A stretch of 64,000 bases of DNA, taken from NCBI GenBank assembly GCA_021801925.1, contig JAKABH010000002.1, positions 4,560-68,559 on the forward strand, written 5' to 3'. Under the pieces are notes generated by a model. That model was given only the letters and a program-made list of their open reading frames with translations, ran no database searches and was not told the origin of the DNA. Shown piece after piece: positions 27,647 to 37,510 of the stretch. How positions within the stretch are numbered: position 1 is the stretch's first letter; each line of letters starts with the position of its first letter. Source of the DNA: Thermoplasmata archaeon. Its GTDB lineage: Archaea; Thermoplasmatota; Thermoplasmata; Lutacidiplasmatales; UBA184. The position numbers were made by a program, and so were the translations under genes.

Positions 27647-30065
27647 CCGGCGGGGGGACCGTCTCGGCGACGATCCGGTAGTCGCGCCCCTCCCACCGGT
27701 CGCCGTCCGTCCACCGGAAGGTGAAGACCCAGCCCGGCGCCCCGGTCGCGAGGGGCTCGAGCGGCACGACGTGCAGCCCCGGGACGATCGCCGTCGACTC
27801 GACGTCGCGGACGTGGGCCCAGTTGTCCCCCGACACGTGGAGAACGAACGGGGCGCCGGCGGCGACCCGAAGTCCGATCCCGGGGGGGATCCGCTGGAGC
27901 TGCCGCTGGAACGTCCAGAACTCGGGGGGCGGCGGCCGCGGCCGGCCCCCGAGATAGCGCTCCGCGACCTCGGGGATCCGGTCGAAGACCGCCCGCTCGC
28001 TCGCCGAGCGCAGCAGTTTCACGTACTCGGCATGGGCCCAGACGAGGGGCGTCGCCGACTCGGTGGGCCGGCCCCGGTAGAGGTGGCGCGCGGGCCGGTC
28101 CTCCTCGTCCCAGACCTGTTCCGGGAGCAATCCGGTGGACGTCGCGAGACGCTCGAGCGCGGCGAGATACGGGTGGGGGTCGGCGCCCCGGGCGAGCTCG
28201 TAGTGGCCGCGTTCCCCGACCAGGAGCGGCCAGGCGCGGCCGATCCCCCAGCCGTCGAAGGCGCTCCCGTCCGGGCGTTCGCCGTACCCGTCGTGGTTGT
28301 ACCGCCGCCAGACCGGCCCCGCCGGGGTGTCGACCTTCAGCACGCGGTCGACCACGCGCAGGGAGTCCCGGATCAGCGGGTCGTCGGGGGACCGGATGCC
28401 GAACCGGACCAGATCGAGGAAGCCGGCGCCGACGATCTCGTCGGCCGGGAAGGTATTCGGCGTCCCGGGCTCCAGGTTCGGCAGGCGGACCGTCCCGAGC
28501 TCCGGCCCCTCGTGCGGGATCGGGTCCGAGGTGTCGGCCGGCCGGATCCGGACGAAATGCCGGCGTACGTCCGGATGGAGCGTGCCGGCCGAGGTGACCG
28601 TCCACGCCTCCACGTGGGCTTCCAGGAAGTCGGCGTACTCCTGGAAGAGGGCCCCGGCCTCCGGGCGGCGGTCCCGACGGGCGAGGCCGGCGGCGGTCGT
28701 CAGGGCCGCGATGGAGGCGGCGAGGGTCGACGGCGAGTAGCCGCTGACCTCCTCCCAGCGGTCCTGCTGGGTGACCGGACCGTGGAGGATCAGGAAGCGC
28801 GCCCCCCCGTAGACCATCGGGGCCGGGTCGAACTCCGCAAGACCGCCGACCCGGTGCAGCGCTCCCGCAAGCAGGATCGGGAAGGCGACCTCGTCGAGCT
28901 GGAGCCCCCGCCAGTACGGTCGGCCGTCGATCCAGAAGTTCTGGGGGAAGCCGCCGTCCGGTTGCTGTCGGGTCGCGAGGTAGATGAGGGCGCGGAGGGG
29001 CGCCTCGGTCGAGCCGGTCGCCAGGAGGCCGGTCGCGGCGTGGAACAGGTCGCGGACCCAGACGAGGTGGTAGCCCCCCCGGTCCTCGTCCCCTTGGGCG
29101 GCCCCCCACGGGATCGACAACGACGCGACGAACCCTCCGGGGTAGGTCTTGTCCTCGTGGGCGAAGAGGACGGCCCGGCTGGCCCGGTACAGCCGGCCGC
29201 CATCCCCGGCCCGGGACGGCCCGGGCTCCTCGCCGTGGGCGGTGCGACGCCATTGCGCCAGGAAGCGTCGTTCGTGGACGTCGAACGGGGTGCCGAGCGA
29301 CTGAAAGAGGGTCGTGATCGCCGCGGAGGGGCTCTCCCCGAGGGCGACGCCGATCGTGAACTCGTTCTCCGCGCCCTCCAGCGGGATCTCGCCGGTGAGG
29401 GCGACGTTGCCGTCGGGGGCGCGGTCGAACTGCCAGGTGAGGTCGTGGTGGCGGTTGAGGTCGGTCCAGCCGTCGCTGGCGCCGACATAGCCGACCGAGG
29501 TGCGGACGAACGGGCGCGAGGCGGCGATCGCGAGGGCGATCCCGTCCTTCTCCGCCAGCAGGATCGACCGGCCGACGACGGAGCGGACCGACGCGGAGTT
29601 TCCCCATCCGCCGACGGCGAGGTGCGGGGCGGCGAGGAGGAACGGGCGCAGGCGGCCGACGAGCGACCGGTCGGTCACGTCGAGATGGACCCGCATCAGC
29701 AGGCACGGCAGGTGGGGATCCGTGAGGATCGTCTTTCGGAGCCGGAACCGGCCCTCCGGCGCCTCCGCATGCACCCGGTAGGCGAGCGCGTCCTCGCCGA
29801 TGCGGGTGGTGGAGGCCGCAAGGTCGCGCTTCTCCTCGTAGAAGAGCGATGCCCCGTCGGTGAACAACAGCTCGAGGTCCCGGAGCTGGGGGCGGTCGAG
29901 CGTCGGAAAGTAGAGTTCCGTGACGATCCCTTTCCACAGGGTGAACCAGAGCCGCGAGTCGCCCGCATAGGCGGTACCGAGCCCGTCCTTGTTCGAGTGC
30001 GACCAGCGGGGCGGGAGCCCGGGGGCGCCGAACGCCTCCCCGCCGCCGATCGGAAGCGCGACCAT
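27633..30065 (-). CDS. Glycoside hydrolase family 15 (glucoamylase/trehalase type) with N-terminal glucodextranase-like domain
   Basis: N-terminal PPRWSHSNKDGLGTAY and LWFTLWKGIVTELYFP. Catalytic (alpha/alpha)6 region with RWEEVSGYSPSTLA and LLPEQVWDE. Start at 30065 or 30083. Confidence 0.88.
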   Translation of the reverse strand: MVALPIGGGEAFGAPGLPPRWSHSNKDGLGTAYAGDSRLWFTLWKGIVTELYFPTLDRPQLRDLELLFTDGASLFYEEKRDLAASTTRIGEDALAYRVHAEAPEGRFRLRKTILTDPHLPCLLMRVHLDVTDRSLVGRLRPFLLAAPHLAVGGWGNSASVRSVVGRSILLAEKDGIALAIAASRPFVRTSVGYVGASDGWTDLNRHHDLTWQFDRAPDGNVALTGEIPLEGAENEFTIGVALGESPSAAITTLFQSLGTPFDVHERRFLAQWRRTAHGEEPGPSRAGDGGRLYRASRAVLFAHEDKTYPGGFVASLSIPWGAAQGDEDRGGYHLVWVRDLFHAATGLLATGSTEAPLRALIYLATRQQPDGGFPQNFWIDGRPYWRGLQLDEVAFPILLAGALHRVGGLAEFDPAPMVYGGARFLILHGPVTQQDRWEEVSGYSPSTLAASIAALTTAAGLARRDRRPEAGALFQEYADFLEAHVEAWTVTSAGTLHPDVRRHFVRIRPADTSDPIPHEGPELGTVRLPNLEPGTPNTFPADEIVGAGFLDLVRFGIRSPDDPLIRDSLRVVDRVLKVDTPAGPVWRRYNHDGYGERPDGSAFDGWGIGRAWPLLVGERGHYELARGADPHPYLAALERLATSTGLLPEQVWDEEDRPARHLYRGRPTESATPLVWAHAEYVKLLRSASERAVFDRIPEVAERYLGGRPRPPPPEFWTFQRQLQRIPPGIGLRVAAGAPFVLHVSGDNWAHVRDVESTAIVPGLHVVPLEPLATGAPGWVFTFRWTDGDRWEGRDYRIVAETVPPPATRP

Positions 30066-30163
30066 CGTCGGCCGAGACGGCAACGACCTAAGAGGTTTCA
30101 GTTCGACCGCGCCCGCGGCCGGTGCCCCCGCCGGCTTTTCTTATCGACTGGCTCCCGTGGGCC

Positions 30164-31018
30164 ATGCAACTCGAACTCGCGCTGCCGTTGCTGCTGCTTC
30201 TCGCGGTCGCCGCGGGGCTGGTCGGGGCGCTCACGGGGCTCGGCGGCGGGGTGGTCGTGATCCCGGCCCTGGTCCTCCTGTTCGGGGTCCCGGTCCCGGA
30301 CGCGATCGGGGTCGGGGCCGTCACGATCCTCGCGAGCTCGAGCGCCGCCGGTGCGGCCTACGTCCGGGAGCACCTCAGCGACCTGCGGATCGGAATGTTC
30401 CTCGAGATCGCCACCGTGCCGGGCGCTCTGATCGGCGCCTCCACGACCGTCATCCTGACCCACGCCTCCCTCGACTCGATCCTGCTGGTCGCGCTCGGCA
30501 TCGTCCTCCTCCTGATCGTCCCCGGCACGCTCTCCCGACGCCACGTCGAGATCCCGGAGGCGGTACAGCCGGACGCCCGTTCGCAGCGCCTCGGCCTGAG
30601 CGGCGAGTACCACGACCATGTCCTGGACCGGGACGTCGAGTACCACGCCGCGCGAACGACCCCCGCCCTCGGGGTGATGTTCGGCGCCGGTCTTGTCTCG
30701 GGGATGTTCGGGATCGGCGCCGGGGTCTTCAAGGTCCTCGCCCTCGAGAAGTACCTGAGCCTGCCGATGAAGGTCGCCACGGCGACCAGCAACTTCATGA
30801 TCGGCGTCACCGCCGCCGCCGGGACCGGCATCCTGTTCGCCGCCGGGTTCATCGACCCCGTGATCGCCGCGCCGGTCGCGCTCGGCACGGCGCTCGGGGC
30901 GTTCGGAGGGAGCCGGCTGCTCCCCCACCTCCGCAACCGGACGGTCCGGTGGGTCTTCGTCCCGTTCATCATCCTGCTCGCCATCGAATCGATCCTGCGG
31001 GGGTTCGGGATCGGATGA
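30164..31018 (+). CDS. Sulfite exporter TauE/SafE family membrane protein
   Basis: TauE pattern LTGLGGGVVVIPALVL and a second half-repeat FGIGAGVFKVLAL. Trimmed to ATG 30164. Confidence 0.85.
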   Translation: MQLELALPLLLLLAVAAGLVGALTGLGGGVVVIPALVLLFGVPVPDAIGVGAVTILASSSAAGAAYVREHLSDLRIGMFLEIATVPGALIGASTTVILTHASLDSILLVALGIVLLLIVPGTLSRRHVEIPEAVQPDARSQRLGLSGEYHDHVLDRDVEYHAARTTPALGVMFGAGLVSGMFGIGAGVFKVLALEKYLSLPMKVATATSNFMIGVTAAAGTGILFAAGFIDPVIAAPVALGTALGAFGGSRLLPHLRNRTVRWVFVPFIILLAIESILRGFGIG

Positions 31019-31416
31019 CGACTCCCGCGGACGGCCCGCAGCTGCCCGACGTCGAGTACCGCCGGATGTCGCTCATCCTGCGCCTCGGGCTCTCGACCTC
31101 CCTCGTGCTCCTGATCGGCGGCCTGCTCGTCTACCTGGTTCAGCACCCCTACCTCGGTTTCGACCAGGCGCTCGCGCACAACCCGATCCTCCAGTATCTC
31201 GGCTTCACGGGGCTCGTCGACGGCCTGGCGGCGGGGAACATGGCGGCGGTACTGACGCTCGGGCTCCTCGCCCTGGTCGCAACGCCGATCCTGCGCGTGA
31301 TGACCGGGTTCTACTATTTCCGCCACGGCGGCGAGCGCACGATGGCGCAGGTCACCCTCACGGTGCTGATCCTGCTGCTGTTCGGGATCCTCGTCCTCGG
31401 CCCGATCCTGCGGTAG
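31015..31416 (+). CDS. DUF1634 membrane protein (usual TauE partner)
   Basis: ATG overlaps the tauE stop (ATGA). Three TM helices, 133 aa. Adjacency to TauE is typical for this family, as I recall. Confidence 0.7.
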   Translation: MTTPADGPQLPDVEYRRMSLILRLGLSTSLVLLIGGLLVYLVQHPYLGFDQALAHNPILQYLGFTGLVDGLAAGNMAAVLTLGLLALVATPILRVMTGFYYFRHGGERTMAQVTLTVLILLLFGILVLGPILR

Positions 31417-31444
31417 GCCGGCCGCCCCCGCGGGCGGCCCCGAC

Positions 31445-32821
31445 TCACGCCGAGGCGGTGAGGTCCCGCACGGCGGCGTCGACCGCCGCCCGCCCTTGGT
31501 CGGCGAGGCGTCGGGCGGTCGCCGGATCCGTCGCCTCGGCGAAGAGGCGGAGGAGCGGTTCGGTCCCGGACGGGCGGAGGAGGATCCAGCCGTCGTCCGA
31601 GTAGGCCTTCACGCCGTCGATCGTCACGAGGCGCCGCCCGGCCGCCTCGAATCCCGCGGCGACCCGGGCAACGACCGCGCTCCGCAGGTCGACCGGGCAG
31701 GCGAGCCGCTCCTTCACCAGCGCGTAGCGGGGCAGCTCGGCGAGGAGCTCGGCGAGCGGACGGCCGGTCCGGGTCAGGAGGTCGAGCAGACCCGCGGCGG
31801 TCATCGCCCCGTCCCGCGCGAACTGGAACGTCGGGGTGATGATCCCCCCGTTCTCCTCGCCGCCGAAGACCGCGTGCTGCTCGACCATGGCCCGCGCCAC
31901 CGCCGGCGAGCCGACGCGGGTGTAGTGGACGGTCCCCCCGACGGGCCGGATCGCGTCCTCGAGGCTCCGCGACGCCGAGACGGGGCTCACGACCACGCCG
32001 CCGTGCGCCCGGGCGACCGCGTCGCGGGCGAGCAGCGCCAGCGTCTCCTCGCCCGGGACGTACCGCCCCGCATGATCGATGAACACGGCCCGGTCGGCGT
32101 CCCCGTCGTGCACGATCCCGAGGTCGGCGTGGAGCGCGGCGACGGCGTGCTGGGCATCCAGCGTGTGCGCTTCCGTCGGCTCCGACGGATGCCCGGGGAA
32201 CGTCCCGTCGAGATGCCCGTTCAGGGTCACCACCCGGCAGCCCAGGCGGCGGAGCAGCGCGGGGCTCGTCACCGCGCTGGCGCCGTTCCCGCAGTCGAGG
32301 ACGACCGTGAACGCCCGCCGCCGGATGCGCGGGGCGTCGACCTGGGCCACGATCCCGTCGACGTACTGCTGGGCCCCGTCCCGGAGCTCGTGGGACGAAC
32401 CGACCTCGTCGTACGGCACCGCCCGGGTCGTTTGGGCCGCGACCCCCTGTTCGATCGCCTCTTCGACGGCGCGGGGGACTTCGAGCCCGTCCGCCGCGAT
32501 GCACTTGAGGCCGTTGAACTCGGGGGGATTGTGGGAGGCGGTGACGATCACCCCAAGCTGGGCGCCGACTCGGGGCACGAGGTACTGGACCGCGGGGGTC
32601 GGCAGGACGCCGAGGTCGACGACCCGATGGCCCCCGAGGATCAGCGTCCCCTCGACCAGGCGCGAGAACGCCACGCTCGAGGTCCGGCCGTCCCGTCCGA
32701 CGGCGATCGGGGCGCCGACCGGGAACTGCGCGGCGATCGCCCCGGCGACCCGGGTGACGAAGCCCGCGGTCAGCTCCCGCCCCACCACCTCGCGGATCCC
32801 GTTGGTGCCGAACAGCCGCAT
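31445..32821 (-). CDS. glmM: Phosphoglucosamine mutase / phosphohexomutase
   Basis: MRLFGTNGIRE N-terminus, active-site loop TASHNPPEFNG, metal loop HDGDADR. Confidence 0.9.
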   Translation of the reverse strand: MRLFGTNGIREVVGRELTAGFVTRVAGAIAAQFPVGAPIAVGRDGRTSSVAFSRLVEGTLILGGHRVVDLGVLPTPAVQYLVPRVGAQLGVIVTASHNPPEFNGLKCIAADGLEVPRAVEEAIEQGVAAQTTRAVPYDEVGSSHELRDGAQQYVDGIVAQVDAPRIRRRAFTVVLDCGNGASAVTSPALLRRLGCRVVTLNGHLDGTFPGHPSEPTEAHTLDAQHAVAALHADLGIVHDGDADRAVFIDHAGRYVPGEETLALLARDAVARAHGGVVVSPVSASRSLEDAIRPVGGTVHYTRVGSPAVARAMVEQHAVFGGEENGGIITPTFQFARDGAMTAAGLLDLLTRTGRPLAELLAELPRYALVKERLACPVDLRSAVVARVAAGFEAAGRRLVTIDGVKAYSDDGWILLRPSGTEPLLRLFAEATDPATARRLADQGRAAVDAAVRDLTASA

Positions 32822-32895
32822 CGTCGCCTCAACGCCCTCAGCCGGGCCCCGTTCTTAAGGGAAAGGTTATCGACGGCGACCGGATCGGCCCGACC

Positions 32896-33372
32896 GTGCC
32901 GCCCGAGCGCTGGCTCGCGGACGAGATGCTCGGCCGGCTCGCCGGGTACCTCCGCTTCGTCGGCTGCGATACGGCCTACGTCCGGGGCCAGGCGGACGGG
33001 GAGATCGCACGTCGGGCGGCGGAGGAGGGACGATTCCTCTTGACGCGCGACCGGGGGCTGGCGGGGCGTGTGCCCGAGAGCCTGTGGATCCGGTCCCACG
33101 AGATCGGGGCGCAGTGGGGGGAACTCATGGTGCGGTTTCCGGATCTGCCGCACGCGGTCCGCTTCGCGCGGTGCACCCGGTGCAACGGAGGGGTCCGGCC
33201 CGTAACGGATCCGCCGGGCGGGCGGTGGCCCGACGACGCGCCGGTCGACCGGATCGCCGCCGGCCTTGCCGTCTACCGGTGCGAGGCGTGCGGCCACCTC
33301 TACTGGGCCGGCACCCATTCGGCCGACGTCCAACGCCGGCTCGACCGGTGGAGCGGGGACGTGCGCCCGTGA
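32896..33372 (+). CDS. Mut7-C RNase domain (DUF82) protein
   Basis: WLADEMLGRLAGYLRFVGCDTAY, RFLLTRD, and C-terminal Zn ribbon RCTRCNG...CEACGHLYW. Confidence 0.75.
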   Translation: MPPERWLADEMLGRLAGYLRFVGCDTAYVRGQADGEIARRAAEEGRFLLTRDRGLAGRVPESLWIRSHEIGAQWGELMVRFPDLPHAVRFARCTRCNGGVRPVTDPPGGRWPDDAPVDRIAAGLAVYRCEACGHLYWAGTHSADVQRRLDRWSGDVRP

Positions 33373-34502
33373 GCCGCGCCTATGTCGAGCTCTCCGGGGA
33401 GAGTCCCGCCCTCGCCCGCGCGGAGCTCGCGGGGGCGTTGGAGGCGCTCGGCGGGGCGATCGTCGACGAGCCGGGCGTGCCCGAGCCGCTCGTGGCCGTG
33501 GCGCTGCCTGAGGGGCAGCTGCCGCAGCTCGCCGCCCGTCTCGGCCTGGCCCACCGGTGCCTGATCGACGCCCCCGACTTCGGGGCTCCGCTCGGAGCGC
33601 AGGCGCCGCGGGGGTCGGCGTCGTTCCGGCCGTTCGGACGGCCGTCCGGCGGGGGCGTGGAGCCGGCCGTCCACACAGCGGCCCGCACGTGGACGGCGGC
33701 CGGGGGGCGGATCGACCTCGCGCACCCGGAGCGCCGGTTCTGGGGAGCGGGTCTTCCCGGGGGGGTCCGGTGGTACGAAGAGGCCGCGCCGGTCGACCGC
33801 CGGGCCACGGCCGCCCGCGCGATCTCGGCGCTGCCGTTCCAGCGGCCGGTCGGGCTCGCCCCGCGGCTCGCCCGGGCCGCGGCCAACCTCGCGCGCGCCG
33901 GGCCCGGCCGCAGCGTCCTCGATCCGTTCCTCGGTACCGGCGCGCTCCTCGCCGAGGCCGGCCTCCTCGGGGGGCGCATCTTCGGGATCGACCGCGACGC
34001 TGCGATGGTCCGCGGGGCCCTCCAAAACTTCGCCTTCCTCGGCGTGGAGGCGGCCGGGCTCGCGATCGGCGATGCGGCCGAGGTCGAACCGCCGGGGACG
34101 CCGCCCCGGTTCGACGCGCTCCTCTCCGATCCCCCGTACGGCCGGGCCTCGAGCACCCGCGGCGAGCCGGCGGCCGCGCTCCTCGCCCGGGTGCTGCCGC
34201 GATGGATCGCCCGCCTTCGCCCGGACGGCGTGGCCGTCCTGGTCGTGCCGGCCGGCTCGGGGCCCGAGCTAACGGGATGCCGGCTCGAGGCGTCGGTGGA
34301 GGTCCGGGTCCACCGCAGCCTCACGCGGGAGTTCCGGCTCTATCGTCGTGGGCCCGACGGGGAGGCGGCGGCTCCCGGGTGGCGGCCGCCGGCCGGGTCC
34401 GAACGCGCGGAGGAAGGGGCGGAGGCGTCGGAGCGGCGGCCGGGCCGCTCGAGCGGGGAGGGGATCCCGCCGCGTCCCGGCCCGCCGGCTACGGCGGGAT
34501 GA
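33369..34502 (+). CDS. N2-guanine-type RNA methyltransferase (Trm11/TrmG10-like)
   Basis: GTG overlaps the upstream stop (GTGA). SAM motif LDPFLGTGALLAEA and catalytic SDPPYG. The C-terminal ~60 aa are low complexity. Confidence 0.7.
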   Translation: MSRAYVELSGESPALARAELAGALEALGGAIVDEPGVPEPLVAVALPEGQLPQLAARLGLAHRCLIDAPDFGAPLGAQAPRGSASFRPFGRPSGGGVEPAVHTAARTWTAAGGRIDLAHPERRFWGAGLPGGVRWYEEAAPVDRRATAARAISALPFQRPVGLAPRLARAAANLARAGPGRSVLDPFLGTGALLAEAGLLGGRIFGIDRDAAMVRGALQNFAFLGVEAAGLAIGDAAEVEPPGTPPRFDALLSDPPYGRASSTRGEPAAALLARVLPRWIARLRPDGVAVLVVPAGSGPELTGCRLEASVEVRVHRSLTREFRLYRRGPDGEAAAPGWRPPAGSERAEEGAEASERRPGRSSGEGIPPRPGPPATAG

Positions 34503-36066
34503 GGACGACCGAGGTGGCGGCGGTGCCGCCGCCGGCGGTGGCGCAGAACTGGTTCGCGGAGAGATGGAGGAGGACCGACGAGGCGCTCTCCGTGTCGGCG
34601 AAGGAGAACGAAAGGGCGGCGGTCGCCGAGCCGTCGATCGTGACGTAGGTGCCCCCCGGGAACGTCGCGGTGCCGCCGGTGACGGTCACGTTGGCGGCGC
34701 CCGGAACGGCGAACGTCCACGTCGCGTTCGCCACCCAGGCGGCGAACGCGGCGCCCGTGAGGTAGACGGTCGCGTTCCCGACCTGCTGGGAGACGTTCTC
34801 GACGGTCGCCGTCACGGTGTAGCCGTGGGAGACCGGGTCCTGGTTGGCCAGGTCGTACAGCACGTCGGCCCGGACCGGGGCGGCGGCGGTCCCCCCGGGA
34901 TAGTGGACTCCGGTGACGCCGACCTGCATCTCCCCGAGGGGCGTCGCGAGCGGGACGATGACGAACCCCCCGATCAGGACGGCGACGACCAGGGCGCCCA
35001 CCAGGTAGCGCTTCGTGTCGAGCGGCGAGACGTCGTTGAGGGGCGGGGGATGGCGGACGCCGAGCAGCAGGATGAGGATGCCGAAGAACAACCAGCCCGT
35101 GTAGAAGATGCCGAGCCCGAACAGCAGGAGCACCGCGGCGTAGCTCACGAACCGCGCCCGGTCCCCCGCGAGCGCACGGAAGACGTGCCCGCCGTCGAGC
35201 TGGCCGGCGGGAAGGAGGTTGATCGCCGTCACGAAGATCCCGACCCATCCGGCGAGGGCGAGGGGCTGGAGGCTCACCAGGGAGGGGGGGACGAAGTAGC
35301 TCAACAGGTGCCAGAAGAGCGGCACGCCGATCTCGAGGTTGCCGTAGCTGACCCCCAGGATCGACGGCCCGCAGTAGGTCGCCGGAACGACCGGCGCGTG
35401 GGCGGAGAGGTAGAGGCCGGCGATCGCCACGGGGATCGAGGCGACGAAGCCGACCAGGGGGCCGGCGGCGCCGATGTCGAACATCGCCTTGCGATCGGGG
35501 AACGGCTCGCGGATGCTGATGAACGCCCCGAAGGTGCCGAACAGGAACGGCGGGGGGAGCGGGATGAAGTACGGGAGCGAGGCGTCGATCCGCCGGCGCC
35601 GGGCCATGAAGTAGTGGGCGAGCTCGTGGAGTCCCAGGATGGTGAGGACGGGGATCGAGAAGTAGATCGCGCCGTTGACGAAGTCCGTCGGGGCGAGGTT
35701 CGCCGCGCCGACGTAGGTGAGCCAGATGAGCGCCCCCGCGAACGTCGTGGTGACGACCGTCGCCGCCAGGAGGGCGAGGTTGATCCAGTCGCGCCGCGAG
35801 CGGAGCTTCGGGCGGGGGATCACCTCGACGTAGTGCTCCCCCATCTGGTAGCGGAGGATCGGGATGTAGCCGGCGGCCCACATCTCCTGTCGGAGCCGGT
35901 CGAACCGGGACTCGAGGCCGTTCGGGTCGAGGTGGACGGCGAGGAGCAGCGACTGCGGGCCGATCCGCGTATCGTAGACGGGGAAGTACGTCGAGACCAT
36001 CCGGCGAAGGCGCTCGAGTTCCGTCCCCCCGCCGCCGGGCAGGGGACCCGAGGGCGGGCCGGCCAC
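34489..36066 (-). CDS. Site-2 protease family (M50) membrane metalloprotease with C-terminal extracytoplasmic domain
   Basis: HELAHY (HExxH) and NLLPAGQLDGGH motifs, multiple TM helices. Confidence 0.85.
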   Translation of the reverse strand: MAGPPSGPLPGGGGTELERLRRMVSTYFPVYDTRIGPQSLLLAVHLDPNGLESRFDRLRQEMWAAGYIPILRYQMGEHYVEVIPRPKLRSRRDWINLALLAATVVTTTFAGALIWLTYVGAANLAPTDFVNGAIYFSIPVLTILGLHELAHYFMARRRRIDASLPYFIPLPPPFLFGTFGAFISIREPFPDRKAMFDIGAAGPLVGFVASIPVAIAGLYLSAHAPVVPATYCGPSILGVSYGNLEIGVPLFWHLLSYFVPPSLVSLQPLALAGWVGIFVTAINLLPAGQLDGGHVFRALAGDRARFVSYAAVLLLFGLGIFYTGWLFFGILILLLGVRHPPPLNDVSPLDTKRYLVGALVVAVLIGGFVIVPLATPLGEMQVGVTGVHYPGGTAAAPVRADVLYDLANQDPVSHGYTVTATVENVSQQVGNATVYLTGAAFAAWVANATWTFAVPGAANVTVTGGTATFPGGTYVTIDGSATAALSFSFADTESASSVLLHLSANQFCATAGGGTAATSVVLIPP

Positions 36067-36070
36067 GCCG

Positions 36071-36397
36071 CTACGCCCCCGTGCCGCCGGCGAGGGCGGA
36101 CTTCCGCAGGCGTTTCGCCCGTTCCTTGGTCGAAAAGCCGGTCGCCGCCTCGAGGAACCGGTTGTAGCGCGCGATCGTCTCCCGCGCGACCTCCTCCGGG
36201 ACCTTGGGATTCATCGTGACGTCGACCTGGAGTTCCTTCCCCGCGGCCCGAACGACCAGCCGGGAGAGCGCCCCCCAGCTCGCGATGCGGTCGGTGCCGC
36301 TCGCCGTCGCGGAGCCGAAATGCTCGACCAGCAGCGCCTCGAGCCGCTCCGGGGCAAGACAGGGCCGGTGGCTCGCCCGGACGGGATAGTTCTGCAC
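36071..36397 (-). CDS. Conserved-looking hypothetical protein
   Basis: GTG start preceded by a TATA-like box at -26 to -31. Protein-like composition, 108 aa. Confidence 0.55.
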   Translation of the reverse strand: MQNYPVRASHRPCLAPERLEALLVEHFGSATASGTDRIASWGALSRLVVRAAGKELQVDVTMNPKVPEEVARETIARYNRFLEAATGFSTKERAKRLRKSALAGGTGA

Positions 36398-36422
36398 GAC
36401 GGACGCTTGAGCCGGCCGCTCG

Positions 36423-36428
36423 ATAAAA
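36423..36428 (-). promoter_or_regulatory. TATA-like box (TTTTAT on the minus strand)
   Basis: 26-31 nt upstream of GTG 36397. Confidence 0.4.
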
Positions 36429-36473
36429 CGTCTGGTCTACCCGGCGGTCCCCACTCGGGCGGAGAACCGGCCC

Positions 36474-36695
36474 CTAGACCGTTTCGATCTCGAAGAGGAA
36501 CCGGAACCCGCGCAGACGCCGCGTCAGCTCGTCCGACAGGTCGAGCACCTGGTCGTGGGTCGCGCTCCCCTGCCAGTCGTAGACGAAGTCGTAGTTCCCC
36601 TGCGTCGGGACGAACCCGAGGGCATTCAGCCGGGCGGCGATCTCCGAAGGGCTCGCCCCTTCGCTGTCGAACGTCACGCGCAGGTACGTCTCCAT
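36474..36695 (-). CDS. Small hypothetical protein (73 aa)
   Basis: ATG 36695 preceded by ATTTAA 26-31 nt upstream. Balanced composition (METYLRVTFDSEG...). Confidence 0.5.
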   Translation of the reverse strand: METYLRVTFDSEGASPSEIAARLNALGFVPTQGNYDFVYDWQGSATHDQVLDLSDELTRRLRGFRFLFEIETV

Positions 36696-36720
36696 CGGCC
36701 CCGCGAGGTCCGGCGGAAGG

Positions 36721-36726
36721 TTAAAT
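36721..36726 (-). promoter_or_regulatory. TATA-like box (ATTTAA on the minus strand) overlapping the PPAT stop codon
   Basis: 28 nt upstream of ATG 36695. Confidence 0.4.
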
Positions 36727-37500
36727 CCTTCCGGCGCGGGCGGCCGCCGGCCGCAGCACGGCGCCCAGCGCCCGCTCCCGCTCCCGCTCCGACCGCCCCG
36801 GCAACCGACGCGGATCGAGCCGTACTTCGGCGGAGCGCAGCCGGACCGACCATCGCCCGTCGGCCCCCGTCCGAACCTCGACCGCCAGCCCCCCCTTCGG
36901 CGCGGCGAGCTCCCCCCGCCCGGGGTCTGCGGCGTGGCGCACCCGGGCCGGGGGGAACGCCGTGCGGACGGCCCGGGCGACCCACCGCCGGCTCCGCACG
37001 TCGGGGGCGGCGATCGCGACCGGCAGCGGGGCCGTGCGCCGGCCGCTCGGATCGATCTCGCCGGCCCGGATCCGCCGGGAGCTCACCGGCCGCAGGTCGT
37101 CGGCGAGGACGATCGGGACGACCGCCACGGGGACCGGTCGGCGGCCGAGGCGGGCGCGCTCCCGGTTCACGGCCCGGCCCCCCTCGGCGGTCTCGGCCGA
37201 GACGATCAGCACGCCGACCTCGGGGGCGAGCGAGCCGCCGAAGCGGTCCGCGAGCGGCACGATCCGCACCGGCCGACCGGGGAACCGGCGGGCGACCCAT
37301 CGGGCGACCGCCGCCCGGCGCCGGCGGTACGGCTGAAGGCGCGGGGCGGCCGGCTTCGGATGCGCCGCCAGGTAGGCGTCCGTGGTGACCCCGATCGCCA
37401 CCGTCCGGCCGAGGGCGAAGGCGGTGCGCAGCAGCGCCTCGTGCCCCCGGTGCAGGTGGTCGAACGTCCCCCCGACGACGGCGAGCGCGTAGCGCGGCAT
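36721..37500 (-). CDS. coaD: Archaeal-type phosphopantetheine adenylyltransferase (cytidylyltransferase fold) with a C-terminal extension
   Basis: VVGGTFDHLHRGHEALL (GxFxxxHxGH nucleotidyltransferase motif). Trimmed to ATG 37500. Confidence 0.8.
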   Translation of the reverse strand: MPRYALAVVGGTFDHLHRGHEALLRTAFALGRTVAIGVTTDAYLAAHPKPAAPRLQPYRRRRAAVARWVARRFPGRPVRIVPLADRFGGSLAPEVGVLIVSAETAEGGRAVNRERARLGRRPVPVAVVPIVLADDLRPVSSRRIRAGEIDPSGRRTAPLPVAIAAPDVRSRRWVARAVRTAFPPARVRHAADPGRGELAAPKGGLAVEVRTGADGRWSVRLRSAEVRLDPRRLPGRSERERERALGAVLRPAAARAGRI

Positions 37501-37510
37501 CGGTCGACCG

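Noticed and set aside
27628-30260. ORFs 27771..30260 (+, 829 aa) and 27628..29937 (-, 769 aa)
   Set aside because: They shadow the GH15 gene in other frames, and only the 27633..30083 frame carries glucoamylase motifs.
31496-36219. ORFs 31496..33043 (+), 31314..32504 (-), 34348..36219 (+) and 34340..35881 (-)
   Set aside because: They shadow glmM and the M50 protease gene and have no motifs.
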